A DNA stretch of 64,000 nucleotides from Planctomycetota bacterium (GCA_003389215.1 QQVP01000134.1:9850-73849); one strand, 5' to 3'; counted from the stretch's first letter, positions 11,288 through 21,608 are shown. Made by a program: numbers and translations. The notes: generated from the letters alone by a model not told the origin.

Positions 11288-11366
11288 CTTCGCGTTCGAA
11301 TCGGCAGCGGCGTCTTCGGGGAGCGCCAGATCTTCGGGGATGACCGCGCGATGCCGAGCCGTGGCT

Positions 11367-12002
11367 TCACTCGTCGATCTTATTGCGAACGGCCCACACG
11401 GCGGCCTGCGTGCGGTCGGTCACCCCGATCTTGCGGAAGATGTGCTGCACGTGTTCCTTGACCGTCTCGTAGCTGATGTTCAGAGAGTGGCCGATCTCGC
11501 GATTCGTCAGCCCCTTGGATAGTCCAATCAGAACCTCCGCCTCGCGCTGGGTGAGCGGCACGTTTCCCTTCATGCTCCAGCGGGGCGTCGCCAAGGCGCC
11601 CGTCACGCGGCGCAGCTCGTCGCGAGTCCAAATCATCTCGTGCCGCGCCGCCGCATGAATCGCGGCAATCAGCCGCTGCGAAGGGCAATTCTTCAGGAGA
11701 TAACCCGCCGCCCCCAGAGCCACGCTGCGGGCGATCAAGTTGGGGTTGTCGTGATTCGAGAACATCAACACCGGCAGGTCCGGATGATCGAGCTTGATGC
11801 GGCCGAGGACGGTGAGCCCACACATGTCGGGCATCACCGCGCCCAGCGTCACGACGTCGACTTCGTGTTCCTTGAGCGAATTGAGGACGCCCTCGCCGCA
11901 ACAGGCCTCGGCGATGACCTTGATGTCGGAGTCCGCGACAAATCTGCGGATACCGGCGCGAACGAGCTCGTGCTCTTCCGCAACGAATAGTTTGATGCTC
12001 AT
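11367..12002 (-). CDS. NarL/FixJ-family (LuxR-type HTH) two-component response regulator
   Basis: N-terminal receiver domain (KLFVAEEHELVRAGIRRFV...DVVTLGAVMPDMCG) plus C-terminal LuxR HTH (LTQREAEVLIGLSKGLTNREIGHSLNISYETVKEHVQHIFRKIGV). Confidence 0.85.
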   Translation of the reverse strand: MSIKLFVAEEHELVRAGIRRFVADSDIKVIAEACCGEGVLNSLKEHEVDVVTLGAVMPDMCGLTVLGRIKLDHPDLPVLMFSNHDNPNLIARSVALGAAGYLLKNCPSQRLIAAIHAAARHEMIWTRDELRRVTGALATPRWSMKGNVPLTQREAEVLIGLSKGLTNREIGHSLNISYETVKEHVQHIFRKIGVTDRTQAAVWAVRNKIDE

Positions 12003-13285
12003 AAGGATCCCAACCCGACGGCCCGTGGTCCGCTCCAGACTTGGAAATCGTCTTGCAGGAATCGGCCGTCCAGCGACCGACCTCTAGGCCCTCTCGGCTT
12101 AGTGACGTAACCGTCGGCACCCCCTTTGCGGGCGGTCGACGTCTCTTCTCCACTCGGTACACCTGACGAGGCAACCAGCAAGTACACTACTCGACTGTGC
12201 GACACCCAAAATAAGCAATTCGTCGGGCGCATTCACATTCGGCCGGAAACTCGTTGCCGCCTATCCACCACGAGGCCTGATACCGGTGGATGACCAGCAA
12301 CTCTTCAGAGACAAAAAAGAGGCTAACTCAGCGTCGAGACTTGTGCCTTCGTCCGCTGCGGTCGCGGACAGGACGCCGTCTATGAGCGTAGCGAAGGAAG
12401 CGAATCGCTGTTGACAACTGTTCGACGGCACTTCATTGAGGATCGAGGCCCTCGGCCAGCGGCAAGGGTCCTACCACGAACGAAGATGCTCCTTCGCATC
12501 GCAAGTTGCTCAGCACGTCCGTGTCCTACCCAATTGCGGTGGCGTAGCCCAGGACGACGAGTCTACTTCACCTCAATCACTCCTCCTCGTTCGATCTCCG
12601 TGCCGGGAAGCTTCTCCGCATCGAACTCTTCTTCCTGTCAAACACGACGATGCCCACAACGTTGTTTGACTCACCACACGCGTCGACTGCGGTGTTCCCT
12701 CGCGGCACGCGGACGACGAGCGGAGACGTGCATCTCGCAGCTCATCGTAGGCACTCAGGCCGCGTAGAGCGCCAGTTTGGTAGCGTACTCTACATCTCGC
12801 AGCGGTGATGTCGTATTTTAATGATTTAGAGGGCCGCGTCTAGCACGATCTGTGTGGCGGCGCGAAATTCCGGTGCCTTCCTGTGGCAGCGCGTTCTGGG
12901 TATCAACGTGTCCGAGTGTCCGAGCGCGCAGCGCGCGACGCTCATCCTGACCCACAAGGTGGCACGCCGCTTTGGTCCGACTCGATGCACTCGCCTCGTG
13001 GCTGGTCGTCGGGCGACTCGGCAGTCGCGGCGTGATTTTGCTACGATGCAGCGGTGAAGAGAAGCGGTTAAGGAAGACCATTACCTACAGCAACCATTTT
13101 GTCGTCCGCATCGGCGACCAACACCGTGCGACAGACTCTCTCCATAATCGCAACTCGCTTGCAACTGTAATCGCCACTCAAACCGGCTCGCCGCTGTAGG
13201 CCCGCAGTCGTAGGCCCGTACCCGCAGGTCCACTGTCGACCAGCAGCTCAATCTCCAGCATCATCCTTCAGCAAAGGGTCCCCTC
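12003..13285. other. 1.28-kb stretch without any credible ORF, between the divergent response regulator and cupin genes
   Basis: Only short ORFs with non-protein-like, Arg/Ser/Cys-rich translations. Local GC is lower than in flanking coding DNA. Contains short direct repeats (GTGTCCGA x2, GTAGGCCCG x2). Confidence 0.4.
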
Positions 13286-14536
13286 ATGGCCACCGCGACT
13301 CCGCTCGCCAAAGACAACGTCGCTCGGGTCCTCGATCGCGCGATGGACGCCGCCGCGGGCATCTTGAGACTCACTCCGACCTGGGTGCCCCGCAGTTTTC
13401 TGCACCCTGGAAAGCGCCTGAAGCTCGCCCCCGGCGACTATTACGCCTATGGGGCGCACCGTGGCGGGATCGACGAGCGCTGGTTTGCCAGTACCACGGA
13501 AGCCGCCAATGAAGGCCGTCTCGACGACGAAGGACTCAGCTACGTCACTTTCGAAGGCCAGCGATTCCTGCTGCGCGACGCCGTCGACGAGGCGGGCGAA
13601 CGGCTCATCGGCGCCGCCATCTTCAGCAAGTACAACCGTTGGCCCGTCTATTCGAAGTTTTTCGACAACATGGGCCCGATCCCGCATCACATGCACCAGG
13701 GCTTCGAAGACGCCAAGCTCGTCGGCCAGGAAGGCAAGCCCGAGTCGTATTACTTCCCGCCGCAGTACAACAATTGCGACAACAACTTTTGTTACACCTT
13801 CATGGGGCTCGAGCCGGGTACGACCAAGGATCAGCTCCGCAAGTGTCTCGAGAATTGGAGCCAGGGTGACAACGGCATTTTGGATCTCTCCAAGGCCTAT
13901 CGCCTCAAACGCGGCACCGGCTGGTTGATTCCGCCAGGCGTGTTGCACGCGCCGGGCTCGCTGCTGACCTACGAACCGCAATGGGGCAGCGACGTGTTCG
14001 CCATGTTCCAGTCGCTGGTCGAGGGACGCGAGGTGCCGTGGTCGCTGTTGGTCAAAGACATGCCCGATGACAAACATCAGGATCTCGACTTCATCATCGG
14101 GCAACTCGACTGGGAGAAGAACGTCGATCCGAACTTCAAGGATCACAATTACCTCGAGCCGATCGTCGACGAGAGTTGCTCGGGCGATGGCTACACCGAT
14201 CGCTGGATCGACTACGGAACGGTCAACGGCGAGCAACTCTTCTCGGCCAAGGAGCTGACCGTCGAGCCGGGCGCCAAGTGTGTCTTGCGCGATCCGGGGG
14301 CCAGCGGCTGGATCACGGTGCAGGGGAGCGGTCGCATCGGCGAATTGCCGCTGCAAACGCCTGCCATGATCCACTTCGGCGAGGAGACGGAGGACGAAGT
14401 CTTCATCACGGCCGAGGCGGCGACGGCGGGGGTCGAAATCGAGAACACCGGCAGCGAACCACTCGTCTCGCTCCGCTACTTCGGGCCGGACGTCCACGCC
14501 AGCATGCCCGAGGTGGGCGACTACCGAACTGGTTGA
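13286..14536 (+). CDS. cupin-fold protein resembling the type I phosphomannose-isomerase family (putative sugar/sugar-phosphate isomerase)
   Basis: Two motifs parallel the PMI class I topology: AYGAHRGGIDERW (cf. WMGAHP) and WPVYSKFFDNMGPIPHHMHQ (cf. PFLFKVL..LSIQVHP). Function is inferred only. Confidence 0.45.
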   Translation: MATATPLAKDNVARVLDRAMDAAAGILRLTPTWVPRSFLHPGKRLKLAPGDYYAYGAHRGGIDERWFASTTEAANEGRLDDEGLSYVTFEGQRFLLRDAVDEAGERLIGAAIFSKYNRWPVYSKFFDNMGPIPHHMHQGFEDAKLVGQEGKPESYYFPPQYNNCDNNFCYTFMGLEPGTTKDQLRKCLENWSQGDNGILDLSKAYRLKRGTGWLIPPGVLHAPGSLLTYEPQWGSDVFAMFQSLVEGREVPWSLLVKDMPDDKHQDLDFIIGQLDWEKNVDPNFKDHNYLEPIVDESCSGDGYTDRWIDYGTVNGEQLFSAKELTVEPGAKCVLRDPGASGWITVQGSGRIGELPLQTPAMIHFGEETEDEVFITAEAATAGVEIENTGSEPLVSLRYFGPDVHASMPEVGDYRTG

Positions 14537-14796
14537 TGCGGGTTCTTCTCGCACCGTGTGTCTCGCCGGCGACCGGCGGTGGACCTGGTCAGGCTGCTTT
14601 CAGGGTGCGACGTGGAACTCCCTCGCGTATAATGGACGACGGCTTTGCGGCTTGGTCCCTAGGACGTCCGCGAGCCTCCCGCCCTATTGCGCCGCGAGAG
14701 CAATCCTGCGCCCCGCGGCACGCCCCTGGAGTCTTGTCGCGCCCGCCGGGCACGCAGAGCCCCCACCCCAGCATTCCCGCCCCGATCGAGAACTGC

Positions 14797-17700
14797 ATGA
14801 TGTTCGTCTCTCGTCTTTCGCGTTGTCTCCGTACTTTCCCGATCCTCTGTCGAACCGCTTCGTGCGGTGTCCGCGTCGCGACACTCTCGCTGGCGCTGGC
14901 CCTCTGCCTTGCCGCCCAGCCGAGCCTGGCCGCGGCCCAGTTCGAACTTCAGCCCGGCGACCGAATCTGCATCATCGGCAACGCCCAGGCCGAACGCCTG
15001 CAGCACTTTGGCTATTTCGAAACGGCGCTGCACCGGGCGTTCCCCCAGCATGAACTTGTCGTCCGCAACCTCGGCTGGTCGGCGGACGAATTGACGCTCA
15101 AACCCCGTTCGCAGAACTTCGGCAGCCAGGACGACTACCTGCGGCGCGAGAAGGCGGACGTCATCCTGGCCTTTTTCGGCTTCAACGAGTCGTTCGCCGG
15201 ACCCGCGGGCCTGGCGAAATTCAAGCAAGATCTAACGAAGTTCATTCACCACGCGCGAGGCCAGAAGTACAACGGCGAGAGCGCGCCGCGCCTGGCCCTG
15301 ATCTCACCGCTGGCCCACGAGAACCTGGGCGATCCACATCTTCCCAGTGGCGAGGCCCGCAACGAAGTCCTCAAGCTCTACACCCAGGCGATGGCCGACG
15401 TGGCAGCGGCAGAGAAGGTGCCGTTTGCCAACGTGTTCCAGCCTTCTGAGGCGCTCATGAAGCAGGCGGCCGCGCAGGGCCAGCCGCTGACCATCAACGG
15501 CATTCACCTCAATGACCTCGGCTCGCAGAAGATGGGCCCGGCCCTGATGCAGGCGTTGTTCGGAGACAAGGTGGGCCAGGACGTCGTGGCATCCGATTCG
15601 CCGCTTCGCGCCGCGGTCAACGACAAGAACCTGCACTTCTGGTACCACTACCGCGCGGTCAACGGCTTTTACATCTACGGTGGCCGCTCGCCGCTGTGGG
15701 ACAACGTCAAGGTGATGGAAGTCGAGCGACAAAAGATTGCCGACATGGTCTCGCTCCGCGATCGCGTGGTCTGGGACCTGGCCCAAGGCAAGACACCGCA
15801 GCCGATCGACGATACGCAAACCACGCCACTGATGAAGGTCGAGACCAACTTCCATCGCGAGATCGAGTACCTGACGCCGGAAGATCAGATCAAGACATTC
15901 AACATCCCCGAAGGCTTCGTCGTCGAGCTGTTCGCCTCCGAGCGCGAATTCCCCGAGCTGAAGAACCCGGTGCAAATGGCCTTCGACGCCCACGGACGAC
16001 TCTGGGTCTGCACGATGCCGTCGTATCCGCAGTATCAGCCACCCAGCGAGGTGAACGACAAGCTGCTCATCTTCGAGGATACCGACGGCGACGGGCGGGC
16101 CGACAAGCGAACCGTCTTTGCCGACGGGCTCCATGTACCGACCGGCTTCGAGCTCGGCCATGATGGAGTCTACCTGGCCCAGCAGCCGAACCTGATGTTC
16201 CTCAAGGACACCGACGGCAACGACGTCGCCGACGAGCGGACGATTATCCTGCACGGCTTCGACTCGGCCGACTCGCACCACTCGATCAGCGCCTTTACCT
16301 GGGGGCCGGGCGGAGCCCTCTATTTTCAGGAGGGCACTTTTCACCACTCGCAAATCGAGACGCCCCACGGTCCCGTGCGGGTGAAGAACGCCGGCGTCTT
16401 TCGCTATGAGCCGAAGAGCGAGAAGCTTGATGTCTTCGTCTCCTATCCGTTCGCCAATCCTTGGGGCCACATCTTCGACGCCTGGGGCCAGAACTTTGTG
16501 GCCGATGCCTCGGGCGGTTCGAACTACTTCGCCGCGGCCTTCTCCGGCCACGTCGAGTATCCCCGCAAGCATCGCCGGATGAACGAGTTTTTCCGTCGCG
16601 AATTTCGTCCCACCGCCGGCTGCGAGATTGTCTCGAGCCGCAACTTCCCCGCAGAGATGCAGGGCGACTACTTGCTCAACAACTGCATCGGATTCCGGGG
16701 TATCGGACGCTACAAGTTCAAGGAGGATGGTTCCGGTCTGGCCGCCACCACGCAGGGGCCGCTGCTGCAGTCCGACGATCCGAACTTCCGCCCGGTCGAT
16801 CTCGAGTTCGGGCCCGACGGGGCGCTTTACTTCGTCGATTGGTACAACCCGTTGATCGGCCACATGCAGCACTCGCTTCGCGATCCCAAACGCGATCATC
16901 GCCACGGCCGCATCTGGCGTCTTCGCAATACGAAGCAGCCGCTGACCGAGCCCGCCAAGATTGCCGGGGCGACGATCTGGGAATTGATCGACCTGCTCTC
17001 CGCTCCCGAGCTTCGTACCCGCTATCGGGCCCGACGCGAACTGGCCCAGCGGGACGAGCAAGAGGTTGCCGACGCGCTCGTGCATTGGGCCACCACGCTC
17101 AGCGGCTCGACCCTGAAGAAGGGCGTCTACCAGGATCAGCTCGAAGCGCTTTGGATGCATCAGACCATCGACGTCGTGAACGAGACGCTGCTGCGCGAGG
17201 TACTCCGTTCGCCCGATCCGCGTGCCCGCGCCGCGGCGACGCGCGTGCTGTGCTACTGGCGCGATCGGATCGACTCGGCGATCGAGCTGCTGACGATTCA
17301 GGCCGGCGATCGACACCCACGCGTGCGGCTCGAGGCGGTTCGTGCGGCCAGCTTTTTTAAGGACCCCCGCGCAACGGAGATCGTGCTCGAATCGCTCGTC
17401 CACCCGCAGGACTACTATCTCGAATACACGACGGGCGAAACGCTGACGACGCTCCGCGACTTCGAGTTCGGCTTGGTCGGATTGCTCAAGAGCGGGCGAC
17501 TGCCGACGGAGCGAATACCGTTCGTCATTCGCCTGGCCGCCAAGCGTGGCAACAGCGACGACCTGGGCTACTTGTTCGATCTGGCGGTCGCCGACGACTC
17601 GCTCTCGGTCGAAGCCCGACGGGCCGCACTCGAGGGGCTCCGCGAAGCGGTACGCTACCGCAACGTACGGCCCAACGCCGACTATCGCCCGCTGGCCGAC

Positions 17701-19167
17701 CTGATCCTGCGGTTGCGTGACGACAACCGCAAGCCGGCCCTCATGGCAGCGCTGAAGCTCATCGGCCTGTTACGCGTCAGGGCGGCTGAGCCGCAGCTCA
17801 TCGAACTGGCCCTCGACGATCAACTCGCCGGCGCAATCCGTCGTGCGGCACTCGATGTCCTCGTGGGATTCAACTCCAACCGAGGACGCGCCGCCATCGT
17901 CAAGCTCACGTCGCCCGATCGTCCGCTTGCCGAACGTTACATGGCCATTGGCGTGCTCACGCGGGTCGACGTGGCGGAAGCGGCCCGGCGAGCCGGTCAG
18001 GCGCTGACAGAGGCCGACGGAGCGACCGACCCCGCCAGGCTGATCCAGGCATTCCTGCAGCGGCCCGAGGGAGTCAAACAACTGGCCGCCGCGCTCGAAG
18101 GCGTCGAGCTCGACCAGGATGTCGCGAAACTCGCCCTACGGGCCATGTACGCGGTCGGTCGTAGCGATGCGGAACTGACCAGCATGCTCACCAAGGCCGC
18201 CGGCATTCAGACCCAAGCCGCAGAGCTAAGCGACGAGGAAGTCGCCAAGCTGGAGTCCGCCGTTCGCAACTCGGGCGATCCGGCCCGCGGAGAGCAAGTA
18301 TTTCGCCGCGCCGATTTGAGCTGCATGAACTGTCACGCCCTGGGCGGGGTTGGCGGCGGCGTGGGACCCGAGCTGACCGCCGTCGGCTCGAGTTCGCCGG
18401 TGAAGTACCTGATCAACGCGATTCTGCTGCCGGACAAGGAAGTCAAGGAAGAGTTTCGCATGGCGCACGTCTACACGGCCGACGGCCGCGCGCTCAAGGG
18501 CATCATTCACGAAGACGGCGAAGACCGGCTCGTGCTGAAGGATGCCACCGGACGCCGCACCGCCATCGCGAAGGCCGACATCGACGATCGCGAAGACGGC
18601 GGCTCGCTGATGCCCAAGGGCCTCGTTCAGTTCATGACGCAGCGAGAGCTCGTCGACCTGGTTCGCTTTCTTTCCGAGCTCGGCCGCGACGAGAGCTACA
18701 AGGTTCGCAACACCCCCACGGTGCGGCGCTGGCGGGTGCTGGCCGAAGTCGACTCCGAGCTGACCCGCGAGGTGCCCAACGAGGAAGTCTTTACTGACAA
18801 GGTGCTGGAGCTCGACGGCAGCTCGTGGCGGGCCGCCTATTCGATGACCGGCGGGACGCTGCCGCTCGACGAGTCGGTGGCCCCGGCCGACCAGGACGTG
18901 CTCTACCTGCAGTTCGAAATCGACGTCGACTTCGCCGGCCAGCTCGACATCATCGCCGACTCGCCAGCGGGGCTGACCATGTGGGCCGACGATGTGCAGC
19001 TCGACTTCGCCGAGCGAGAGCCCAAGACGGTGGGCGACTTCGCAGAGGGCCGGCACCGGATTACGATTCGCGTCGATCGCACGCGGCGTGACACCGACAC
19101 GCTGCGCATCGACCTGCGTCGGATCGAGGGCTCGCGAACCCGCGCACGCTTGGTCGCGGGGGTTTAG
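14797..19167 (+). CDS. large secreted multidomain protein: SGNH/GDSL-like hydrolase domain, PVC-type membrane-bound dehydrogenase (beta-propeller) domain, HEAT repeats, C-terminal cytochrome c domain
   Basis: Start at MMFVSRLSRCLRTFPILC... (signal). ICIIGNAQAERL...GWSADE (SGNH-like); FVVELFASEREFPELKNPVQMAFDAHGRLWVCTMPSYPQYQP (Pirellula/Verrucomicrobium dehydrogenase N-terminal domain); many HEAT-like repeats; CMNCHALGG heme-binding CXXCH. The upstream in-frame ORF extension 14176-14796 is non-coding-like. Confidence 0.8.
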   Translation: MMFVSRLSRCLRTFPILCRTASCGVRVATLSLALALCLAAQPSLAAAQFELQPGDRICIIGNAQAERLQHFGYFETALHRAFPQHELVVRNLGWSADELTLKPRSQNFGSQDDYLRREKADVILAFFGFNESFAGPAGLAKFKQDLTKFIHHARGQKYNGESAPRLALISPLAHENLGDPHLPSGEARNEVLKLYTQAMADVAAAEKVPFANVFQPSEALMKQAAAQGQPLTINGIHLNDLGSQKMGPALMQALFGDKVGQDVVASDSPLRAAVNDKNLHFWYHYRAVNGFYIYGGRSPLWDNVKVMEVERQKIADMVSLRDRVVWDLAQGKTPQPIDDTQTTPLMKVETNFHREIEYLTPEDQIKTFNIPEGFVVELFASEREFPELKNPVQMAFDAHGRLWVCTMPSYPQYQPPSEVNDKLLIFEDTDGDGRADKRTVFADGLHVPTGFELGHDGVYLAQQPNLMFLKDTDGNDVADERTIILHGFDSADSHHSISAFTWGPGGALYFQEGTFHHSQIETPHGPVRVKNAGVFRYEPKSEKLDVFVSYPFANPWGHIFDAWGQNFVADASGGSNYFAAAFSGHVEYPRKHRRMNEFFRREFRPTAGCEIVSSRNFPAEMQGDYLLNNCIGFRGIGRYKFKEDGSGLAATTQGPLLQSDDPNFRPVDLEFGPDGALYFVDWYNPLIGHMQHSLRDPKRDHRHGRIWRLRNTKQPLTEPAKIAGATIWELIDLLSAPELRTRYRARRELAQRDEQEVADALVHWATTLSGSTLKKGVYQDQLEALWMHQTIDVVNETLLREVLRSPDPRARAAATRVLCYWRDRIDSAIELLTIQAGDRHPRVRLEAVRAASFFKDPRATEIVLESLVHPQDYYLEYTTGETLTTLRDFEFGLVGLLKSGRLPTERIPFVIRLAAKRGNSDDLGYLFDLAVADDSLSVEARRAALEGLREAVRYRNVRPNADYRPLADLILRLRDDNRKPALMAALKLIGLLRVRAAEPQLIELALDDQLAGAIRRAALDVLVGFNSNRGRAAIVKLTSPDRPLAERYMAIGVLTRVDVAEAARRAGQALTEADGATDPARLIQAFLQRPEGVKQLAAALEGVELDQDVAKLALRAMYAVGRSDAELTSMLTKAAGIQTQAAELSDEEVAKLESAVRNSGDPARGEQVFRRADLSCMNCHALGGVGGGVGPELTAVGSSSPVKYLINAILLPDKEVKEEFRMAHVYTADGRALKGIIHEDGEDRLVLKDATGRRTAIAKADIDDREDGGSLMPKGLVQFMTQRELVDLVRFLSELGRDESYKVRNTPTVRRWRVLAEVDSELTREVPNEEVFTDKVLELDGSSWRAAYSMTGGTLPLDESVAPADQDVLYLQFEIDVDFAGQLDIIADSPAGLTMWADDVQLDFAEREPKTVGDFAEGRHRITIRVDRTRRDTDTLRIDLRRIEGSRTRARLVAGV

Positions 19168-19326
19168 AGCGCGTCTCGTTTATCTCTAGCGTCTTGGCGG
19201 GCTACGACTGCGTTTGACGTCGTCGACCTGCATCGACGAATCTACCAATTCGTCTGCTTCGGTCTGGTGGCCAAACTTGCCTCGCCTACGCCAACGACGC
19301 GACACCTGTCCTAGACACGCTCTAGT
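19165..19326. repeat. copy B of the conserved intergenic element with terminal inverted repeats (TAGAGCGCG ... CGCTCTAG)
   Basis: See copy A. Spans exactly from the TAG stop of the upstream plus-strand gene to the CTA (TAG) stop of the convergent minus-strand gene. Confidence 0.7.
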
Positions 19327-20605
19327 CCCCGTAGATATGATCCCGCTTGGCCTTGTTGTAGGCCAGCTTTTCCGCCTGCGTCATGGCGGCGAAGTTGGGC
19401 GGGTTCTCCGGATCGTAGACCACCGCCTTCGACCCGTCGCCGCAGCCACCCGGGGCCCCGTTGCAGCCGCAGCCGCAATCTTTCTTCTCTTTCTTGCCTA
19501 CCCTCGTGCGCCCAGGCTGCGGGCTACTTTCGCTGGACCCCACCGGCACGCCCGCCGGTACGACGACCTGACCACCACTGGCGTAGCTCATCACGGCCGT
19601 CTGCAACTGCAAGTCATCGGCCAGCGATCGCAGGGGACGGATGCCCAGCTTCTGCAGCACGCCGTGATAGGCCCGCACTGCTTCCTCGGGCTCGATCTCG
19701 CCGTCGGCCAGCATACGCAGGAACTGTACAAAGGCCAGCTGGCACTCCGAGTTGTTGATTTTGCGGCCGAACAGCGCCGCCCGGGCGCCGTACTTCTTGG
19801 CTTCGTAAAGCAGCTTGAAGGCGTCGAGCGTGGTGCCGCTGCTGCCGCCCAAAATGCCGACGACCAGGTGCGGGTCGTAGGCCACCAGGTCTTCCATCGC
19901 CTGGGGACCCTGATACACCATCTTCAGAAAGACCGGCCGTCCCGGCATCGCCACGCCCGCCAGGGTCCGTGCGATGTGGTCGTTCACAAAATCCGGAATC
20001 ATCTCGGGCGAGAGCCCGTCGGGCATGTTCGGATTGAAGATTTCCAGAAAGTGGCGAAACCCCTTTCGCTCCGCCTCGATGCGAAAACAGCGGTACGCCT
20101 CCAGCGTGCGGAGGTCGTCGTCCAGGCGGTTGTTGAACGTGACGCTATAGAGGCCCAGGTTCGCGCCACGAAAACGGTCTTCTGCACTGCAGTCGACGTG
20201 GCCGCACTGGATGTGATCGAGCGTGGCCGTGCGAAACGGCTGAGCGGGCGCTTCGAGATACTTGCCGCCGCGGACGACAAACACATCGCTGGCGTCGTTG
20301 GCCCGTGCGGCCGGCGTGATCGGCGAGTCGTCGAACAGTCGTTCGACGATGGTGAGGACGTCGTTCGTGCTGGCCGACATCAACATGATGTCGACGAGCC
20401 CCTGCCGGACGATCTGCCGGATCTGTTCGCGGTACTCACCCAGCGTCTTGAAACGAACCTCGTCGGCGTGGCTCTCCGGCGATTTGCCAGGCGCCCCGAT
20501 GCCAAAGGCCATGTCGGCGTCCTTGGCGTCGGCCAGGATGAAGTCCTTCGCGCCGTGCGGGTCGGCGTGAATGTTGGCCAGTTTTTGGTCGAGGGTCTTC
20601 TGCAT
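19322..20605 (-). CDS. DhnA/FbaB-type class I aldolase family protein with Cys-rich C-terminal tail
   Basis: LFGRKINNSE and FLKMVYQG motifs parallel E. coli FbaB (ILGRKAFKKS, LVKLNH). The tail KKDCGCGCNGAPGGCGDG is followed by a putative amphipathic helix. It is the last gene of the BMC operon. Confidence 0.6.
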   Translation of the reverse strand: MQKTLDQKLANIHADPHGAKDFILADAKDADMAFGIGAPGKSPESHADEVRFKTLGEYREQIRQIVRQGLVDIMLMSASTNDVLTIVERLFDDSPITPAARANDASDVFVVRGGKYLEAPAQPFRTATLDHIQCGHVDCSAEDRFRGANLGLYSVTFNNRLDDDLRTLEAYRCFRIEAERKGFRHFLEIFNPNMPDGLSPEMIPDFVNDHIARTLAGVAMPGRPVFLKMVYQGPQAMEDLVAYDPHLVVGILGGSSGTTLDAFKLLYEAKKYGARAALFGRKINNSECQLAFVQFLRMLADGEIEPEEAVRAYHGVLQKLGIRPLRSLADDLQLQTAVMSYASGGQVVVPAGVPVGSSESSPQPGRTRVGKKEKKDCGCGCNGAPGGCGDGSKAVVYDPENPPNFAAMTQAEKLAYNKAKRDHIYGD

Positions 20606-20684
20606 CGTGGCGATAGGCGGCGGAAAAGCGTACTTCGTGCGGCAGGGCGAGGTGGACGGGGTCGTGAATCGCACTCGCGAACGA

Positions 20685-21608
20685 CTAGCGGGCGGCTCCG
20701 TTTTGCAGGGCGGCCACCACGCGATCGGTGATCGTCTGAATCAGGGCCTCCTGGTCGGCGGTCGCCGCGGGCGCGGCCGCCACGGGCGAACCGTTTGACC
20801 TTGCGACGCCCGTGCTGCCTTGCGGAGCCATCGAGGCCCCGACTCGCTTCATAGTCGGCGGGGCCTCGAACGCCCGACGCTCCACACCGACGCTCGTCCA
20901 GCTGTCGCGGAACAGATCGTTGGCACACACGTCGCAGTTCTCCATCCGCTTTTCGTTGCGCGGATCGCGGAAGCCCCACTTGGCTTTCGTCTCCAGCAGC
21001 TCGCGCTCTTCCTGCTCGGTAAAGTAGTTGACCTTGCCCAGGTCGCGGGCGAGCATCAGCATGCGGCAATAGGCGTCGAGCACCTCGGTCCACCAGTAGG
21101 CCTGCTCGACCGTTTCTCCCCAGCTGACCGTCCCGTGATTGGCCAGGATCACCACGTTCGAGTCCTTCACGACCGGGATGATCGTGTCGGCGAACTTCTG
21201 CGTGCCGGGCGTTTCGTACTTGGTGATCGGCACGTCGCCCAGGAATATCTCAACCTCGGGCAATACGCACTGCGGAATCGGCTCGCGGGCAATCGCAAAC
21301 GCGGTGGCGTGGGGCGGATGGCAGTGGACGATACTGTTGATGTCGTCGCGTTCTTTGTAGATCTGCAGGTGCAGCAGGGCCTCGCTGCTCCGCTTCTTGC
21401 GCCCGGCCAGCTGGTTGCCCTGCATGTCGATCAGGCAGATGTCGTCAGGTTTGAGGAAACCCTTCGAGTGCATTGTCGGCGTGCAGAGAACCTCGCGGTC
21501 GTTGAGTCGATACGTGATGTTGCCGTCGTTGGCGGCGGCAAATCCCTTGTTGTAGAGTCGGCGACCGATGTCGCAGATTTCCTGTTTGATCCGGTGGGCG
21601 TTCTGCAT
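20685..21608 (-). CDS. class II aldolase (L-fuculose-/L-rhamnulose-1-phosphate aldolase-like) with C-terminal encapsulation peptide
   Basis: Class II aldolase/adducin fold (NDGNITYR...HCHPPHATAFA...ANHGTVSWG). ~90-aa C-terminal extension ends in Ala/Pro linker plus amphipathic helix DQEALIQTITDRVVAALQN. Confidence 0.85.
   Translation of the reverse strand: MQNAHRIKQEICDIGRRLYNKGFAAANDGNITYRLNDREVLCTPTMHSKGFLKPDDICLIDMQGNQLAGRKKRSSEALLHLQIYKERDDINSIVHCHPPHATAFAIAREPIPQCVLPEVEIFLGDVPITKYETPGTQKFADTIIPVVKDSNVVILANHGTVSWGETVEQAYWWTEVLDAYCRMLMLARDLGKVNYFTEQEERELLETKAKWGFRDPRNEKRMENCDVCANDLFRDSWTSVGVERRAFEAPPTMKRVGASMAPQGSTGVARSNGSPVAAAPAATADQEALIQTITDRVVAALQNGAAR

Noticed and set aside
11290-11305. 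tRNA T-loop-like motif GTTCGAATC
   Set aside because: Flanking bases cannot form a T-stem or the rest of a cloverleaf; no acceptor stem or anticodon arm. No tRNA genes detected in the window.
14176-14796. 5' extension of the large plus-strand ORF (ORF-track start at 14176)
   Set aside because: Translation is Arg/Gly-rich and non-protein-like and overlaps the cupin gene end; a convincing signal-peptide start (MMFVSRLSRC...) is at 14797.
15304-17403. 699-aa minus-strand ORF and its counterpart 53793-57440 (+)
   Set aside because: Both are antisense shadows of the large plus-strand dehydrogenase/cytochrome gene and the AsmA-like gene respectively, with no domain signatures.
19214-20731. 505-aa plus-strand ORF
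   Set aside because: Antisense of the DhnA-type aldolase gene; high-GC shadow ORF with low-complexity translation.
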